64,000 nt of DNA from Hemiscyllium ocellatum (GCF_020745735.1 NC_083410.1:4686117-4750116), one strand, 5' to 3'. Positions 51,260 through 63,689 are shown, numbered from the stretch's first letter. Notes: generated from the letters alone by a model not told the origin. Made by a program: numbers and translations.

Positions 51260-52140
51260 AGATAAAGATGGAAGCACTGGATACTGCAAACGTATTGTCC
51301 GGTTATAGTATTGAGCCTTTGTGCTCCAGAACTTTCCACACCCACAACCAAGCTGTTTCAGTACAATTACAACACTAGTGTCTACCCAACTGTATGGCAA
51401 ATTGCCCAGGTATGTCCAGTACATAAAAAGCAAAACAAATCCAAACCAGCTCATGACTGCCCCATAAGTCTACTCTCCATCATCAGTAAAGTGATGGAAG
51501 GTGTCATAAACAGTGCTATCAAGCAGCACCTCCTCAGCAATAACCTGCTCAGTGACACCTAGTTTGGGTTCCACCAGGGTCACTCAGGTCCTGACCTCCT
51601 GGCCTTTGTTCAAACACGGACAAAAGAGCTGAATTCCAGAGGGGAGGTGAGAGTGACAGCCCTTGACATCAAGGCCGCATTTGACTGAGTGTGGCATCAA
51701 GGAGCCCTAGCAAAACTATAATCAAATGTGAAACATCAACGTTCAGCACCTTTTGCAAGTCCTTAGCAGTCCACATTCAAATGTCACAAGATCTGGACAA
51801 TATCCAGGCTTGGGCTGACAAGTAACATTCGAGCAACACAAATGCAAGGCAAGTACCATCTCCAAAGCCCCTTGACATTCAATGGTGTTAGTATCCTTGA
51901 ACCCCACAGTATCAACATCCCTGGAGTTACCACTGACCAGAAACTCAACTGGACATCTCACATAGTGACAAAATGAGTGGGTGAGAGGTTAAGAATCTAT
52001 GGTGAGTCACCACCTGACTCCCCAGAGCTTGTCCACAAGGCATGAGAGAGGAATGTGATTGAATACTCCCCACTTGCCTGGATGGGTACATCAATACTCA
52101 AGATGTTTGATACCATTCAGGAGAAAGCAGCCCACTTAGA
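51260..52140 (+). mobile_element. Degenerate CR1/L2-group LINE RT fragment
   Basis: KLFQYNYNTSVYPTVWQIAQVCPVHKK...PISLLSIISKVME and ALDIKAAFD motifs. Confidence 0.75.
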
Positions 52141-52605
52141 GTCATAGAGTTGTACAGTGTGGAAACAGACACTTCAGTCCAACCAGTCCACTCTGACAAC
52201 TATTCCAAAGTAAACCAGTCCCACCTACCTAGTCTTGGCCCAAATCCCTTCAAACATTTCTTATTCATGAATTATCCAAATTCTTTTAAACATTATAATT
52301 GTACCTGCATCTACCACTTCCACTGGAAGTTCATCCCATACATGACCACTCTCTTTGTAAAAATAAGTTGCCCCTCATGTGCTTTTAAATCTTTACTTCT
52401 CATATTTGAAATCCCCCACTCTATGGAAACCAGACCTGCTATCCACCTTACCTATAACCCTAATTGTTTTATAAATATCTATAAGATCACACTTCAATCT
52501 CTCAATTATCAGTACATCCATAAACATCCACTCCCTCAGTCACCAATGCTCAGTAGCAGCAGTATGGATGATCTACAAGATGCGCTGCAAAAATTCACCA
52601 AAGAT

Positions 52606-54865
52606 AGAACATAGAACATAGAAAGATACAGCGCAGTACAGGCCCTTCGGCCCTCGATGTTGCGCCGACCGAATCCTACCTAACCTACACTAGCCCAATA
52701 ACTTCCAAATGCCTATCCAATGCCCGCTTAAATGACCATAAAGAAGGAGAGTTCACCACTGCTACTGGCAGGGCATTCCATGAACTCACAACCCGCTGTG
52801 TAAAGAATCTACCCCTAACATCTGTCCTATACCTACCACCCCTTAATTTAAAGCTGTGTCCCCTAGTAACACCTGACTCCATTAGCGGTAAAAGGTTCTC
52901 ACTGTCAACCCTATCTAAACCCCTAATCATCTTATACACCTCTATCAAATCTCCCCTAAACCTTCTCTTCTCCAATAAGAACAGCCCCAAGTGCCTCAGC
53001 CTTTCCTCATAAGATTTTCCTACCATTCCAGGCAACATCCTGGTAAACCTCCTCTGCACTCGTTCCAATGCCTCCACATCCTTCCTATAGTATGGCGACC
53101 AAAACTGCACACAATACTCCAGATGAGGCCGCACCAGAGTCTTATACAGTTGCAACATGACCTCAGGACTCCGGAACTCAATTCCTCTACCAATAAAGCC
53201 CAGTACACCATATGCCTTCCTCACAGCACTATTTACCTGGGTGGCAACTTTCAGAGATCTGTGTACATGGACACCAAGATCCCTCTGCTCATCCACACTA
53301 CCAAGTAGCCTACCATTAGCCCAGTAATCCATCTTCTTGTTACTCCTACCAAAGTGAATGACTTCACACTTAGCTACATTGAATTCCATTTGCCACATTT
53401 CTGCCCAGCTCTGCAACTTATCTATATCCCGCTGTAACCTACCACTTCCTTCCTCACTATCCACAACTCCACCGACTTTTGTGTCATCCGCAAACTTGCT
53501 TACCCAGCTTTCAAACCCTTCCTCTAGATCATTTATAAAGATAACAAAAAGCAATGGTCCCAAAACAGATCCTTGTGGTACACCGCTAGTAACTGCACTC
53601 CAAGATGAACATAGTCCATCAACTACTACCCTCTGTCTCCTTCCAGCCAGCCAATTCCTAATCCAAACCTCTAATGTATCCTCAATGCCATACCTCCGTA
53701 GTTTTAGCATTAGCCTACCATGGGGAACCTTATCGAACGCCTTACTAAAATCCATATACACAACATCTACTGCTTTACCCTCGTCCACTTCCTTAGTCAC
53801 CTTCTCAAAGAACTCAATAAGGTTTGTGAGGCACGACCTGCCCTTCACAAAACCATGCTGGCTATCCTTGATCACGTTATTCCTATCCAGATGTTCATAA
53901 ATCTTATCCCTTACCATTCTCTCTAAGACTTTGCCCACCACTGAAGTCAGACTCACTGGCCTATAGTTACTAGGGCTATCCCTACTCCCTTTCTTGAACA
54001 AGGGGACCACATTCGCTATCCTCCAGTCCTCTGGTACTATTCCCGTTGACAATGACGACATAAAAATCCAGGCTAATGGCTCTGCTATCTCCTCCCTAGC
54101 TTCCCATAGGATCCTAGGGTAAATGCCATCAGGCCCAGGAGACTTATCTATTTTCATCCTTTCCAATATTCCCAGAACCTCTTCCCTGCATATTTCCAGG
54201 CCATCCATTCTAATCATTTGTGACTCCATATTCACATCAGCAACAGTGTCCTGTTCCTGAGTGAATACTGATGAAAAGTATTGATTTAGTGTCTCTCCAA
54301 TCTCCTTCGCCTCCACACACAACTTCCCACTACTATCCTTGACTGGACCGATACCTACCCTAGTCATCCTTTTATTCCTGACATACCTATAGAAAGCCTT
54401 TGGGTTTTCCCCAATCCTACCAGCTAAAGACTTTTCATGTCCCCTTCTCGCTTCTCTTAGCTCTCTCTTTAGATCCTTCCTGGCTACCTTATAACTCTCT
54501 ATCGCCCCAAATGAACCTTCATGCCTCATCTTTACATATGCCGCCTTCTTCCCTTTCACAAGGGATTCCAATTCCTTACTAAACCACGGCTGCCTCACAA
54601 GGCCCTTTACACCATGCCTGACTGGTACATACTTATCGAGGACACGCAGTAGCTGCTCCTTGAACAATCCCCACATCTCATTAGTGTTCTTCTCTTGAAG
54701 CCTGTTTTTCCAATCCACACATCCTAAGTCATGCCTCACTGCATCATAATTTCCCTGCCCCCAGCTATAACTCTTCCCCTGCGGCGCACACTTATCCCTC
54801 TCCATCACTAAAGTAAAAGTCACTGAGTTGTGGTCACTGTCCCCGAAGTGCTCACCTACCTCCAA
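52606..54865 (-). mobile_element. Young 5'-truncated CR1 LINE with uninterrupted ORF2 C-terminal portion (ORF 52685-54886)
   Basis: 733-aa ORF with RT motifs ([34 protein letters not shown]) and an (ttcta)n tail. Confidence 0.95.
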
Positions 54866-55064
54866 CATCACTTTCCAAACCCACAACCACTTTCATGTAG
54901 ACAGCAGATACATGGGAACACAAACTCCTGTAGGTTCCCCTCCAAGCTAATCACCATACCAGCTTGGAAAAATATTGCATTCCTTCAGTGTCACTGAGTC
55001 CAAATCCTGGAATTCTCTCTCTCAGGGTATATGGCTCCATCTACACCACACGGCCTGCAGCCGG

Positions 55065-56230
55065 CAACTGTTCATGATATATATAAATGATTTGGAAGAG
55101 GAGACTGAGTGTAACATATCAAAGTTTGCTGATAAGACTAAATTGAGTGGAAAAGCAAACTGTGCAGAGGAGGTGGAGGGACTGAAGAGAGATTTAGATA
55201 GGTTAAGTGAGTGGGCAAGGGTTTGGCAGATGGAGTACAATGTTGGAAAATGTGAGGTGGAAGTTAAAAATAGTAGGTCAGAGTATTATTTAAATTGTGA
55301 AAGATTGTAGCATGCTGTTATACGGAGGGACTTAGGAGTGCTTGTACATGAATCACGAAAAGTTGATTTGCAGGTACACAGGATATCAGGAAGGCAAATG
55401 AAACATTGGCTTTCATTGCTAGAGGGATTGAATTTAAGAGCAGGGTGGTTCTACTGCAATTGCACAAGGTATTGGTGAGGCCACACCTGGACTATTGTGC
55501 GCAGTTCTGGTCTCCTTACTTGAGGACAGATATACTGGCTTTCAAGTTGGTGCACAGGAGGTTCCCCAGTTTGATTCCAGAGATGAGGAGCATACCCTAT
55601 GAGGAGAGGTTGAGCTGTCTGGGACTGTACTTGCTAGAATTTAGAAGAATGAGAGGGGATCTTACAGAAACATAGAAAATTATGAAAGGGATAGATAAGA
55701 TAGAGGCAGGCAAGTTGTTTCCGCTGGTGGGTGAGACTTGGACTAGGGGACATGGCGTGAGTGGTGCTGGGAAAGCATAGTAGGTCAAGCAGCATCCGAG
55801 GAGCAGGAAAATCGATGTTTCGGGCAAAAGCCCTTCATCAGGAATGATGAAGGGTTTTTGCCCGAAACGTCGATTTTCCTGCTCCTTGGATGCTGCCTGA
55901 CCTGCTGTGCTTTTCCAGCACCACTCTAATCTAGCCTCTGGTTTTCAATGTCTGCAGTCCTTGTTTTTACCTAGGGGACATAGCCTCAAGATTAGGGAGA
56001 GTAGATTTAGGGCAGAGATGAAGAGGAACTGCTTTCCCATACAGTCATGAATCTGGAATTCTCTGCCCAAGGAAGCTGTAGAGGCAGCTTCATTAAATAT
56101 ATTCAAGACACAGTTGAATGGGTTTTTTGCATGGTAGGGGGATTAAGGATAATGGGGATAATGTAGGTAGGAGGTGCTAAGATGATGGATAGGTCAGCCA
56201 CGATCTTAATAAATGGCGAAACAGGCTCAT
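55065..56230 (+). mobile_element. Degenerate CR1 fragment hosting a palindromic insert
   Basis: IYINDLEEETECNISKFADxTKL, LVRPHLDYC motifs. Confidence 0.8.
55759..55970. mobile_element. Palindromic Penelope-derived insert with ~16-bp target duplication
   Basis: Inverted arms 55759-55927; TSD ctaggggacatggcgt / ctaggggacatagcct. Confidence 0.75.
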
Positions 56231-56659
56231 CAAGTCATTTGGCCCTCTTCTGCTTCTATTACTATGAAATTATCAAAGATTCTGCTAAGTTTAATGGAGA
56301 ATAATCTTACAACTACTTTCAGGTAGAGCTGTGGCCAACATTTCTGATTAGGTGGAGATTTTATGGATTGTTTACTGCAATGTAGGTTTGTTATTATCAC
56401 AAATGATTAGGTTATTGTCACAAATGATTAGGTGATCTTCAATTAACCTGTTCGCTATCGCTTTAAATGATTGTAATGCTGAATTAATTGTCAAAATAAA
56501 GATTTTTAGGCAATTATTAGAAAGTTTAGTCTCACTTTTCATTTCTCCGACACCCAATGAAACCAGAATGAGTATGGCAACACCTCTACCAATTAGATTT
56601 CACTTTCTACCCAATCAGCGGTCCCCTTTCATACAGCATTAATGTTGGATTGGTATTTT

Positions 56660-57318
56660 TGTTATGAAGATGTGGATGAACTATACCTTTAAGAGAGTAA
56701 AAGATAGCAGTGACAGGACCAAGTGTTCTCAATAAGATACAATGTAACATTGCTCCAGCTATTGGGGTAGCTGGTTGCCTGGAAACTACATAACAGATTC
56801 GAACTAGGCCAATCTGTTTAAATTATACCCTGAAAAAATTCATACTCCAATCCAGTTTGAATTTAATATATTGACAAACTGAAAAGCCAATGACACAATC
56901 TGATACTTTGGCAGTGTAAGACCTGGGAAAATTAAACAGTTGAGAGGAGAACTGCCACCAGACCAACAGATAAACTGCTAGTCAGAACTCTGAGAGTTAC
57001 CTGTCTAGAAAAAAAAACCTCAACACTGATCTGGGGAGCAATGAAGACAAAAAGAAGATTTGACTGTTGGCTGGTTTTAAAATTTGAATTTTTCTGTAAA
57101 TCTTAATTGGGGGTTTTATCGGACTAATATTATAGAAAAGAACGTAAAAGATAGATTTGAGGAAGGAATTGTAAATAATTGTTAGTTGACTATCCTCTGT
57201 TAGAAAGTTGTTAATTTTTACTTGAAATAGCTCTTAGCCACTCGAATTTACTGCACGGAATAAATCTTATGTGTTGCTGGTTTAAATTAAGCAGGAGGGT
57301 TCACCTCATGTCATAACG
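56660..57318 (+). mobile_element. Solo LTR of the Gmr1-like Gypsy family in the gene C promoter
   Basis: TGTTATG...TCATAAC(G) termini, reverse-complement similarity to LTR 38106-38870, 4-bp TSD tttt; absent at the paralogous promoters. Confidence 0.8.
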
Positions 57319-57463
57319 TTTTTGTGAAGCATCTTGATGTAACCAATCTCAGTTTTCAGAGTCCCTGTAGGAGTTTGGGTTAATATAGGGAACGTGGTTG
57401 CTACGGGAAACAGGTTTAAGGTGTGAGATGATTCCTACCAGAGGTACAATTCACGTGGGGAAA

Positions 57464-57510
57464 ATGAATGGACACAGTGTGGAGACCATCTTGCTGCTGG
57501 TATTGTGCCT
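57464..57510 (+). CDS. Gene C leader exon 1 (MNGHSVETILLLVLC-L); rest of gene not found in window
   Basis: Same 47-nt ATG...CT|gtaatg exon; downstream intron sequence is homologous to 14218-14800. Confidence 0.6.
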
Positions 57511-58145
57511 GTAATGCTGAAACTACTCACTATGGAGTTGAATCTCAAACTCAGTAGATCACTTTCTGCCAGAGAGATGAACAGAAACTGGAAGAACAGC
57601 CTCACTGTTTATCTGCAATGTGTCAATACATTTCCAGCAAATTTATTCATTGTTGGCCAGCCTACTTCCTCCTTCCTCTTTATGTGCTGCATATTCAACA
57701 AAAGCCTCGAAGTTCCATGTTACTGAGATCCCGAAAGAGCAACAGTACAACACTGAGAAAGGACAGCAAATGAAAAACTACATCTCTTTGAAATGTTTTA
57801 TCTTGAAATGCTCCACCTTCACTTTGATGTTCCCTGTCACAGTGGATAAGTAAATGTTTTGCTGTCATATAATTCTGTGTTTGATACTGATTTTCCGATT
57901 GTGTGCTGGTGTTTGAGTCAGTAGTTTGTAATTCGGAGTTTCCTATTTAGAGTTGAAATTGGGCTTTCTCACAGTGCAATGGGAGCATCTCGTATCAAAC
58001 ATGACACTGAACAATACTGTCTAGTAGTCGCATTCCTGGACTTTCTGCAACTGTCATTTGAGAATCTCATGCCAACTCTGTACAAAGTTGCTGACTGAAG
58101 CACTGAAGTCGATGTTGATACCGTATGGTGAAAGAGTCCCAAGGC

Positions 58146-58750
58146 GAAAGATGAGGCGTTCTTCCTCCAGTCATCAGATGGCTTGGATTTGGCGGTGGAG
58201 GTGGCCCAGGACTTGAATGCCCTGTGGGTGACCACACACACCAAACCGCACCGTCCTGTGGCCAATCACTTCAACTCCACCTCTCAATCCGCCAAGGATA
58301 TGCAAGTCCTGGGCCTCCTCCACCGCCAAATCCAAGCCACCCGATGATTGGAGGAAAAACGTCTCATCTTCCTCCTTGAGACCCTTCAACCACATGACAT
58401 CAATGTGGACTTCACTCATTTCCAACTCCCCCCACCACCCCACCTCATCCCAGATTCAACCCACCAATTTGCCTCCGCCCTCTTGACTTGTCTACCTTCC
58501 TTCCTACCTATCCATTCAATCCTCCTCTCCGACCTATGACAACCACCTCTCACCTGCATTTACCTATCGCTTTCCCAGCTAACTTCCCCAGCCCCAGCCC
58601 CAGCCCCACCCCCACACACAACCTCCTATTTATCTCACAGACCCTTTCCCTCCACCCACCACATTCCTGATGAGGGGCTTATGCCAACAATGACTCTCCT
58701 GCTCCTCGGATGCTGCCTGACTGACTGTGCTTTCCCAACACCACACTCTT
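58146..58750 (+). mobile_element. Penelope-like element 3' fragment with inverted duplication
   Basis: GIY-YIG C-terminal text PVANHFNS..DMQVLGL..LEEKRLIFLLETLQPHDIN; inverted arms 58146-58218 and 58300-58372. Confidence 0.75.
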
Positions 58751-59254
58751 CGAATCTTCTTCAGAATTGTTCTGTAGAAGAATCAAAATGAACTCTAGAC
58801 ATTTAACTGTTTCTCTCTGCACAACTACTGCCAGACCTGCTGAATTTCTCCAGCATTTCAAGTTTCCAACATCTGCAGTATTTTGACTTATTATCATTGA
58901 CGTTAGTAGAGATTAAGCTTTAAGCACAAGAGCAAACGTATTGCAGCTGCACAGAGGTTCTCAAAAAACTTATAAAATGAACTGAATAGAATTAGATTAT
59001 TATCACGTGCAAAGTCAAGAGTGTGGTGTTGGGAAAGTACAGCAGGTCAGGCAGCATCCAAGGACAAGGAGAGTTGACATTTCGGGCAAGAGCCCTTCAT
59101 TAGGAATGAGGTCGATATAAAATTAAAAGAATGATAAATAAAGGTCAGGCATAAGAATAAAAAGGAATTAGAAGAGGGTACCAGACTCTCAGTCCTTTCA
59201 GACCAGTCTACACTAACACCGAGCTTCCAGACCGCACCAGACTTCCAACCCCGA

Positions 59255-59572
59255 GGACTCGTCACCCCGTGCCTGCCCCCCCGGTCCTGCCCCCCCGGTC
59301 CGGGACTCACTTCCCCGTTCCTACTCCCAATCCGAACTCTCATCCCGGCGCCTTCCCCACAGACCGGGACCCGCCTCACCATGCCTGCCCCCCAGAGCGG
59401 GACCCGCCTCCCAGCGCCCGCCCCATAGTCTGGGACCCATCTCGTCTTCTCCACAGTCCGGGACATTCCTCCCCATGCCTGCCTCACAGTCCGGGACCCG
59501 TCTCCCCGTGCCTGCCCCACAGGCTGGGACCTGCCTCCTTGTGCCTGCCCCTGATCTGGGACCCACCTCCCC
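59255..59572. repeat. Degenerate GC-rich ~32-bp tandem repeat
   Basis: Recurrent gggacccgcctc...tgcctgcccc. Confidence 0.75.
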
Positions 59573-59579
59573 TTCTAAC

Positions 59580-59950
59580 CACCACCAAACCTTAAACAGA
59601 CCATTGTTCAGAGCAAACTACCCAGCCTTCAGGAAATATCAACCACAACACCACACAACCCTGCCACAGTCACCTGTGCAAGACATGTCAGATCATCGAC
59701 ATGGATACTACCATCACATGGAACACATGTGGTATTTATGTGACTCTGCCAACTTTGTCTACCTCCTATGCTATAGGCAAGGATAACCTGAGCCTTGATA
59801 TATTGACGAAACCGAGTAAATGCTGCAACAACAGATGAGTGATCCCACCCAGTCAGGTAACACTTCAGCGGTCAAGGACTTCCAACCTCTGATCTTCAGA
59901 TAAGCATCCGCCAATTCTGCCTTTGAGATACAAAACAAGGCAGAATCGCT
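59580..59950 (+). mobile_element. Penelope-like GIY-YIG endonuclease fragment
   Basis: PCHSHLCKTCQII..., CDSANFVYLLC..YIxET motifs with frameshifts. Confidence 0.7.
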
Positions 59951-60239
59951 GAGCAGAAACTGATAGATATGTCCCATACTAATGAACAGTGCTTCAAGCA
60001 TGATCTTGGTTTCATGTTATGTTACATTGAACCCCCAAATAGTGTTCTATATTTGTAAAATCTTCCTTTCTGCCTTGTTTTGACACCATCACCTTGATAA
60101 CTTGTTATGATCACCCTACCTTAAATAGTTTGTACAGTTTTGGATTACTTATTACTTTGATTAGACCCTTGATATGTGACAGTGATACTTGAAGTGTTAT
60201 TTCAGTCGTTTGGTTTGTCCTTGAGAAGGTAATGAGCAA

Positions 60240-61310
60240 TTTAAATCATGGAGACTCAACATATGCTATCTCTTTCTGAACTTCTGGAAGACCTTCGATA
60301 ACGTTCTGCACCTGAGGCTACTGAGTAAGATAAGGGCCCATAGTGTTAGAGGCAAGGTGCTAGTACGGATAGAGGCTTGGATGTCCTTCTCAGTGACAAG
60401 TAGTGTTCCACTCAGATCATTGTTGGGACCACAACTTTTCACTTTATATATTAATGACCTGGATGAAGGAACTGAGGGTATTCTGGCTAAGTTTACAGAT
60501 TATTACAAATTTAAGTAGTATTGAGGAGGCAGGGAGGCTGCAGGAAGATTTTGACAGGTTAGGAGAGTGAGCAAAGAAGTGGCAGATGGAGTACAATGTG
60601 GGAAAGTGTGAAGACACACACTTTAGGAGGAAGAATAGAGGCATGGACTATCTTCTAAATGGAGAGGAAATTCATAATCTTAAGTGCAAAGGGACTTGGG
60701 AGTCCAAGTCCAGGCTTCTCTTCAGGTAAGCTTGCAGTTTGAGTTGGTAGTTAGGAAGAGAACTAGAATAGAGAACTAGAACTAGGGTGGACGCTAGGAA
60801 ACTGTTTCCATTAGGCAAGGAGACTAGGACCCGTGGACACAGCCTTAGAATTAGAGGGGGTAAATTCAGAACAGAAATGCGGAGACATTTCTTCAGCCAG
60901 AGGGTGGTGGGCCTGTGGAATTCATTGCCACGGAGTGCAGTGGAGGCCGGGACGCTAAATGTCTTCAAGGCAGAGATTGATAGATTCTTGATGTCACGAG
61001 GAATTAAGGGCTACAGGGAGAACGCTGGTAAGTGGAGTTGAAACGCCCATCAGCCATGATTGAATGGCGGAGTGGACTCGATGGGCCGAATGGCCTTACT
61101 TCCACTCCTATGTCACATGGTCTTATAATATAAAAGCAGGGATGTAATTCTGAGGCTTTATAAGGTGCTCATCAGATCACAGAGTATTCGGAGCAGTTTT
61201 GGGCCCCGTACCTCAGGAAGGATGTGTTGGTCCTGAAGCAGATCCAGAGAATGTTCACCAGAATGATCGCAGGAATGAGAGGCTGAACATATGAGGAACG
61301 TTTGAGGACT
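60240..61310 (+). mobile_element. Nested CR1 fragments including a short young 3' end (about 60765-61125)
   Basis: YINDLDEG and FRTEMRRHFFSQRVVGLWNSLP motifs. Confidence 0.8.
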
Positions 61311-61380
61311 CAGGGGCTCTCTGGACATAGTGGACATTCGCACACCATCAAGGTGAGCAAACCAACTAACTCGGTGTCTC

Positions 61381-61660
61381 CTGATTGGTCAAGGCCCAGG
61401 GAAACTTCCAGAAGCTGAGCAGGAATGGCGCCCCTCCCTCACTGATGGGGAAGGGTCAAGACTATCACAAACCGCCAACAGTTCCCGGGGATCGGTCAGT
61501 GTCGGAGTTTCTGATCAACTTGTTCAAGTTAAAACTGTCCAAGTTTAAATCTGATCGTTCGTTATTTTCAAATAAACTCACCCGCTGCTGCCTCGTGCTG
61601 TGACATCACTTCCGGTAAACACGCGAAGGATCCTGGGAAATATCGCGGTGAACGGGCGAG
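61381..61660. promoter_or_regulatory. CpG-rich promoter-like segment with CCAAT, heat-shock element, CRE-like and ETS sites
   Basis: CTGATTGG 61381-61388; gGAAacTTCcaGAAg 61400-61414; TGACATCA 61601-61608; ACTTCCGGT 61608-61616; locally dense CpG. Confidence 0.6.
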
Positions 61661-61662
61661 AA

Positions 61663-62610
61663 GTCCGCAGGGTCCTAGAGACACACTGTCCCAGTCAACA
61701 TCACTGAGGGAGTCCGCAGGGTCCTAGAGACACACTGTCCCTGACAACATCACTGAGGGAGTCCGCAGGGTCCTAGAGACACACTGTCCCAGTCAACATC
61801 ACTGAGGGAGTCCGCAGGGTCCTAGAGACACACTGTCCCTGACAACATCACTGAGGGAGTCCGCAGGGTCCTAGAGACACACTGTCCCAGTCAACATCAC
61901 TGAGGGGGTCCGCAGGGTCCTAGAGACACACTGTCCCAGTCAACATCACTGAGGGAGTCCGCAGGGTCCTAGAGACACACTGTCCCTGACAACATCACTG
62001 AGGGAGTCCGCAGGGTCCTAGAGACACACTGTCCCAGTCAACATCACTGAGGGGGTCCGCAGGGTCCTAGAGACACACTGTCCCAGTCAACATCACTGAG
62101 GGGGTCCGCAGGGTCCTAGAGACACATTATCCCTGACAACATCACTGAGGGAGTCCGCAGGGTCCTAGAGACACACTGTCCCAGTCAACATCACTGAGGG
62201 GGTCCACAGGGTCCTAGAGACACACTGTCCCAAACAAACATCACTGAGGGGGTCCGCAGGGTCCTAGAGACACACTGTCCCAAACAAACATCACTGAGGG
62301 AGTCCGCAGGGTCCTAGAGACACACTGTCCCAGTCAACATCACTGAGGGAGTCCGCAGGGTCCTAGAGACACACTGTCCCAGTCAACATCACTGAGGGAG
62401 TCCGCAGGGTCCTAGAGACACACTGTCCCAGTCAACATCACTGAGGGAGTCCGCAGGGTCCTAGAGACACACTGTCCCAGTCAACATCACTGAGGGAGTC
62501 CGCAGGGTCCTAGAGACACACTCTCGCAGACAACATCACTGAGGGGGTCCGCAGGGTCCTAGAGACACATTATCCCGGACAACATCACTGAGGGAGTCCG
62601 CGGGATTGCA
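61663..62610. repeat. 49-bp minisatellite, about 19 units
   Basis: Unit gtccgcagggtcctagagacacactgtcccagtcaacatcactgaggga starting at 61663, 61712, 61761...; variant internal segments agtc, tgac, caaac. Confidence 0.97.
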
Positions 62611-63689
62611 GAGACACTCTAACCAGAGCAACCCCACAGCTTTTTAACACAGGATCAATACTGTCACATAATTTTAACACAAGTATCCAAACTTTCACAC
62701 TGATGTAACGAGGATCCACATTGTCTCACTGTTTTAACGTGGGATCCAAGCTGACTGCTTTATTCGTGTTGGAAACAAGGAGTGTGTCAGAAATCAGTGT
62801 GCACTGTTGCAGTGAAACCTTCGAAATGCGCGATCGGATTTTAATTCATATTGAAAAACAATGATGACATCCGTTTTGCCTTGGAGGGGTGTGAGGAGGC
62901 AAGATTTAAAAACAACAGACAGGTTTGAAGATTTATGCAAAGCATTGGAATGAGGGGTGATGGGGCCAGTCTGTTATAATTTATCAGACACAATTAATGA
63001 GGAAGCAATGGGTTACAGTTTCGAGAGACTGTACTGAGTGTGATTGGTGATGTGTTAATTTGAGGTTGTTGATTGTATGTGCTGTGGCGATGGAATCAGA
63101 CAACCATGAAGCTTTCAAACCACCATGTCACTAGATGGAGCAGCTGAGAGTTCGAGGCTATTGGCTCATGACATTTTAAGCCATGCATTTTAGTCAGGCA
63201 CCCGGGCTTTGAACGAGCACTCAGCTTCCTAGATCATTTCTCACACACGATTCTGATTTGAAAGGACAATCCAATTCGCTCAGTATCTCCACTCTGGGAA
63301 AGTGGACGGGTTGTGGACAACGTAAGATCAGAACAGTCCAATCGGCTCTTCAAACTAACTGGCATAAACAGTCCTCAACAGGTCCACAGCCTTTTTTACA
63401 TTGAAGTCAGTGAAAAGAGAGAGCAGCCAATCTGAAATCACCAAAAACCATCGATACAGCCAGACAGTACAGAAGAAGCACTTCCGCCCATTGGCCTGCA
63501 TTGCCGAAAATTACTCTCAATCTACACTAGGTTGACTTGCCCACACTGGACCCACATTCTTGAATGTTCTGACATTTCAAGTGGTCATCCAAATACCGTT
63601 TAACTGTGAGGTTTGCTGCCCAGGCAGTGCATTCCAGATTCCCAACACACTGGGTGATTTTTTTTTAAAAATCCCCTCTAAACCTTATA

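Noticed and set aside
59047-59786. Overlapping GC-rich ORFs
   Set aside because: Explained by the ~32-bp repeat and adjacent Penelope fragments.
61663-62610. CRISPR-like array
   Set aside because: Units are contiguous near-identical repeats with no unique spacers, in a vertebrate genome.
62860-62940. ATGATGA C-box suggesting a C/D snoRNA
   Set aside because: No matching D box with a terminal stem was found.
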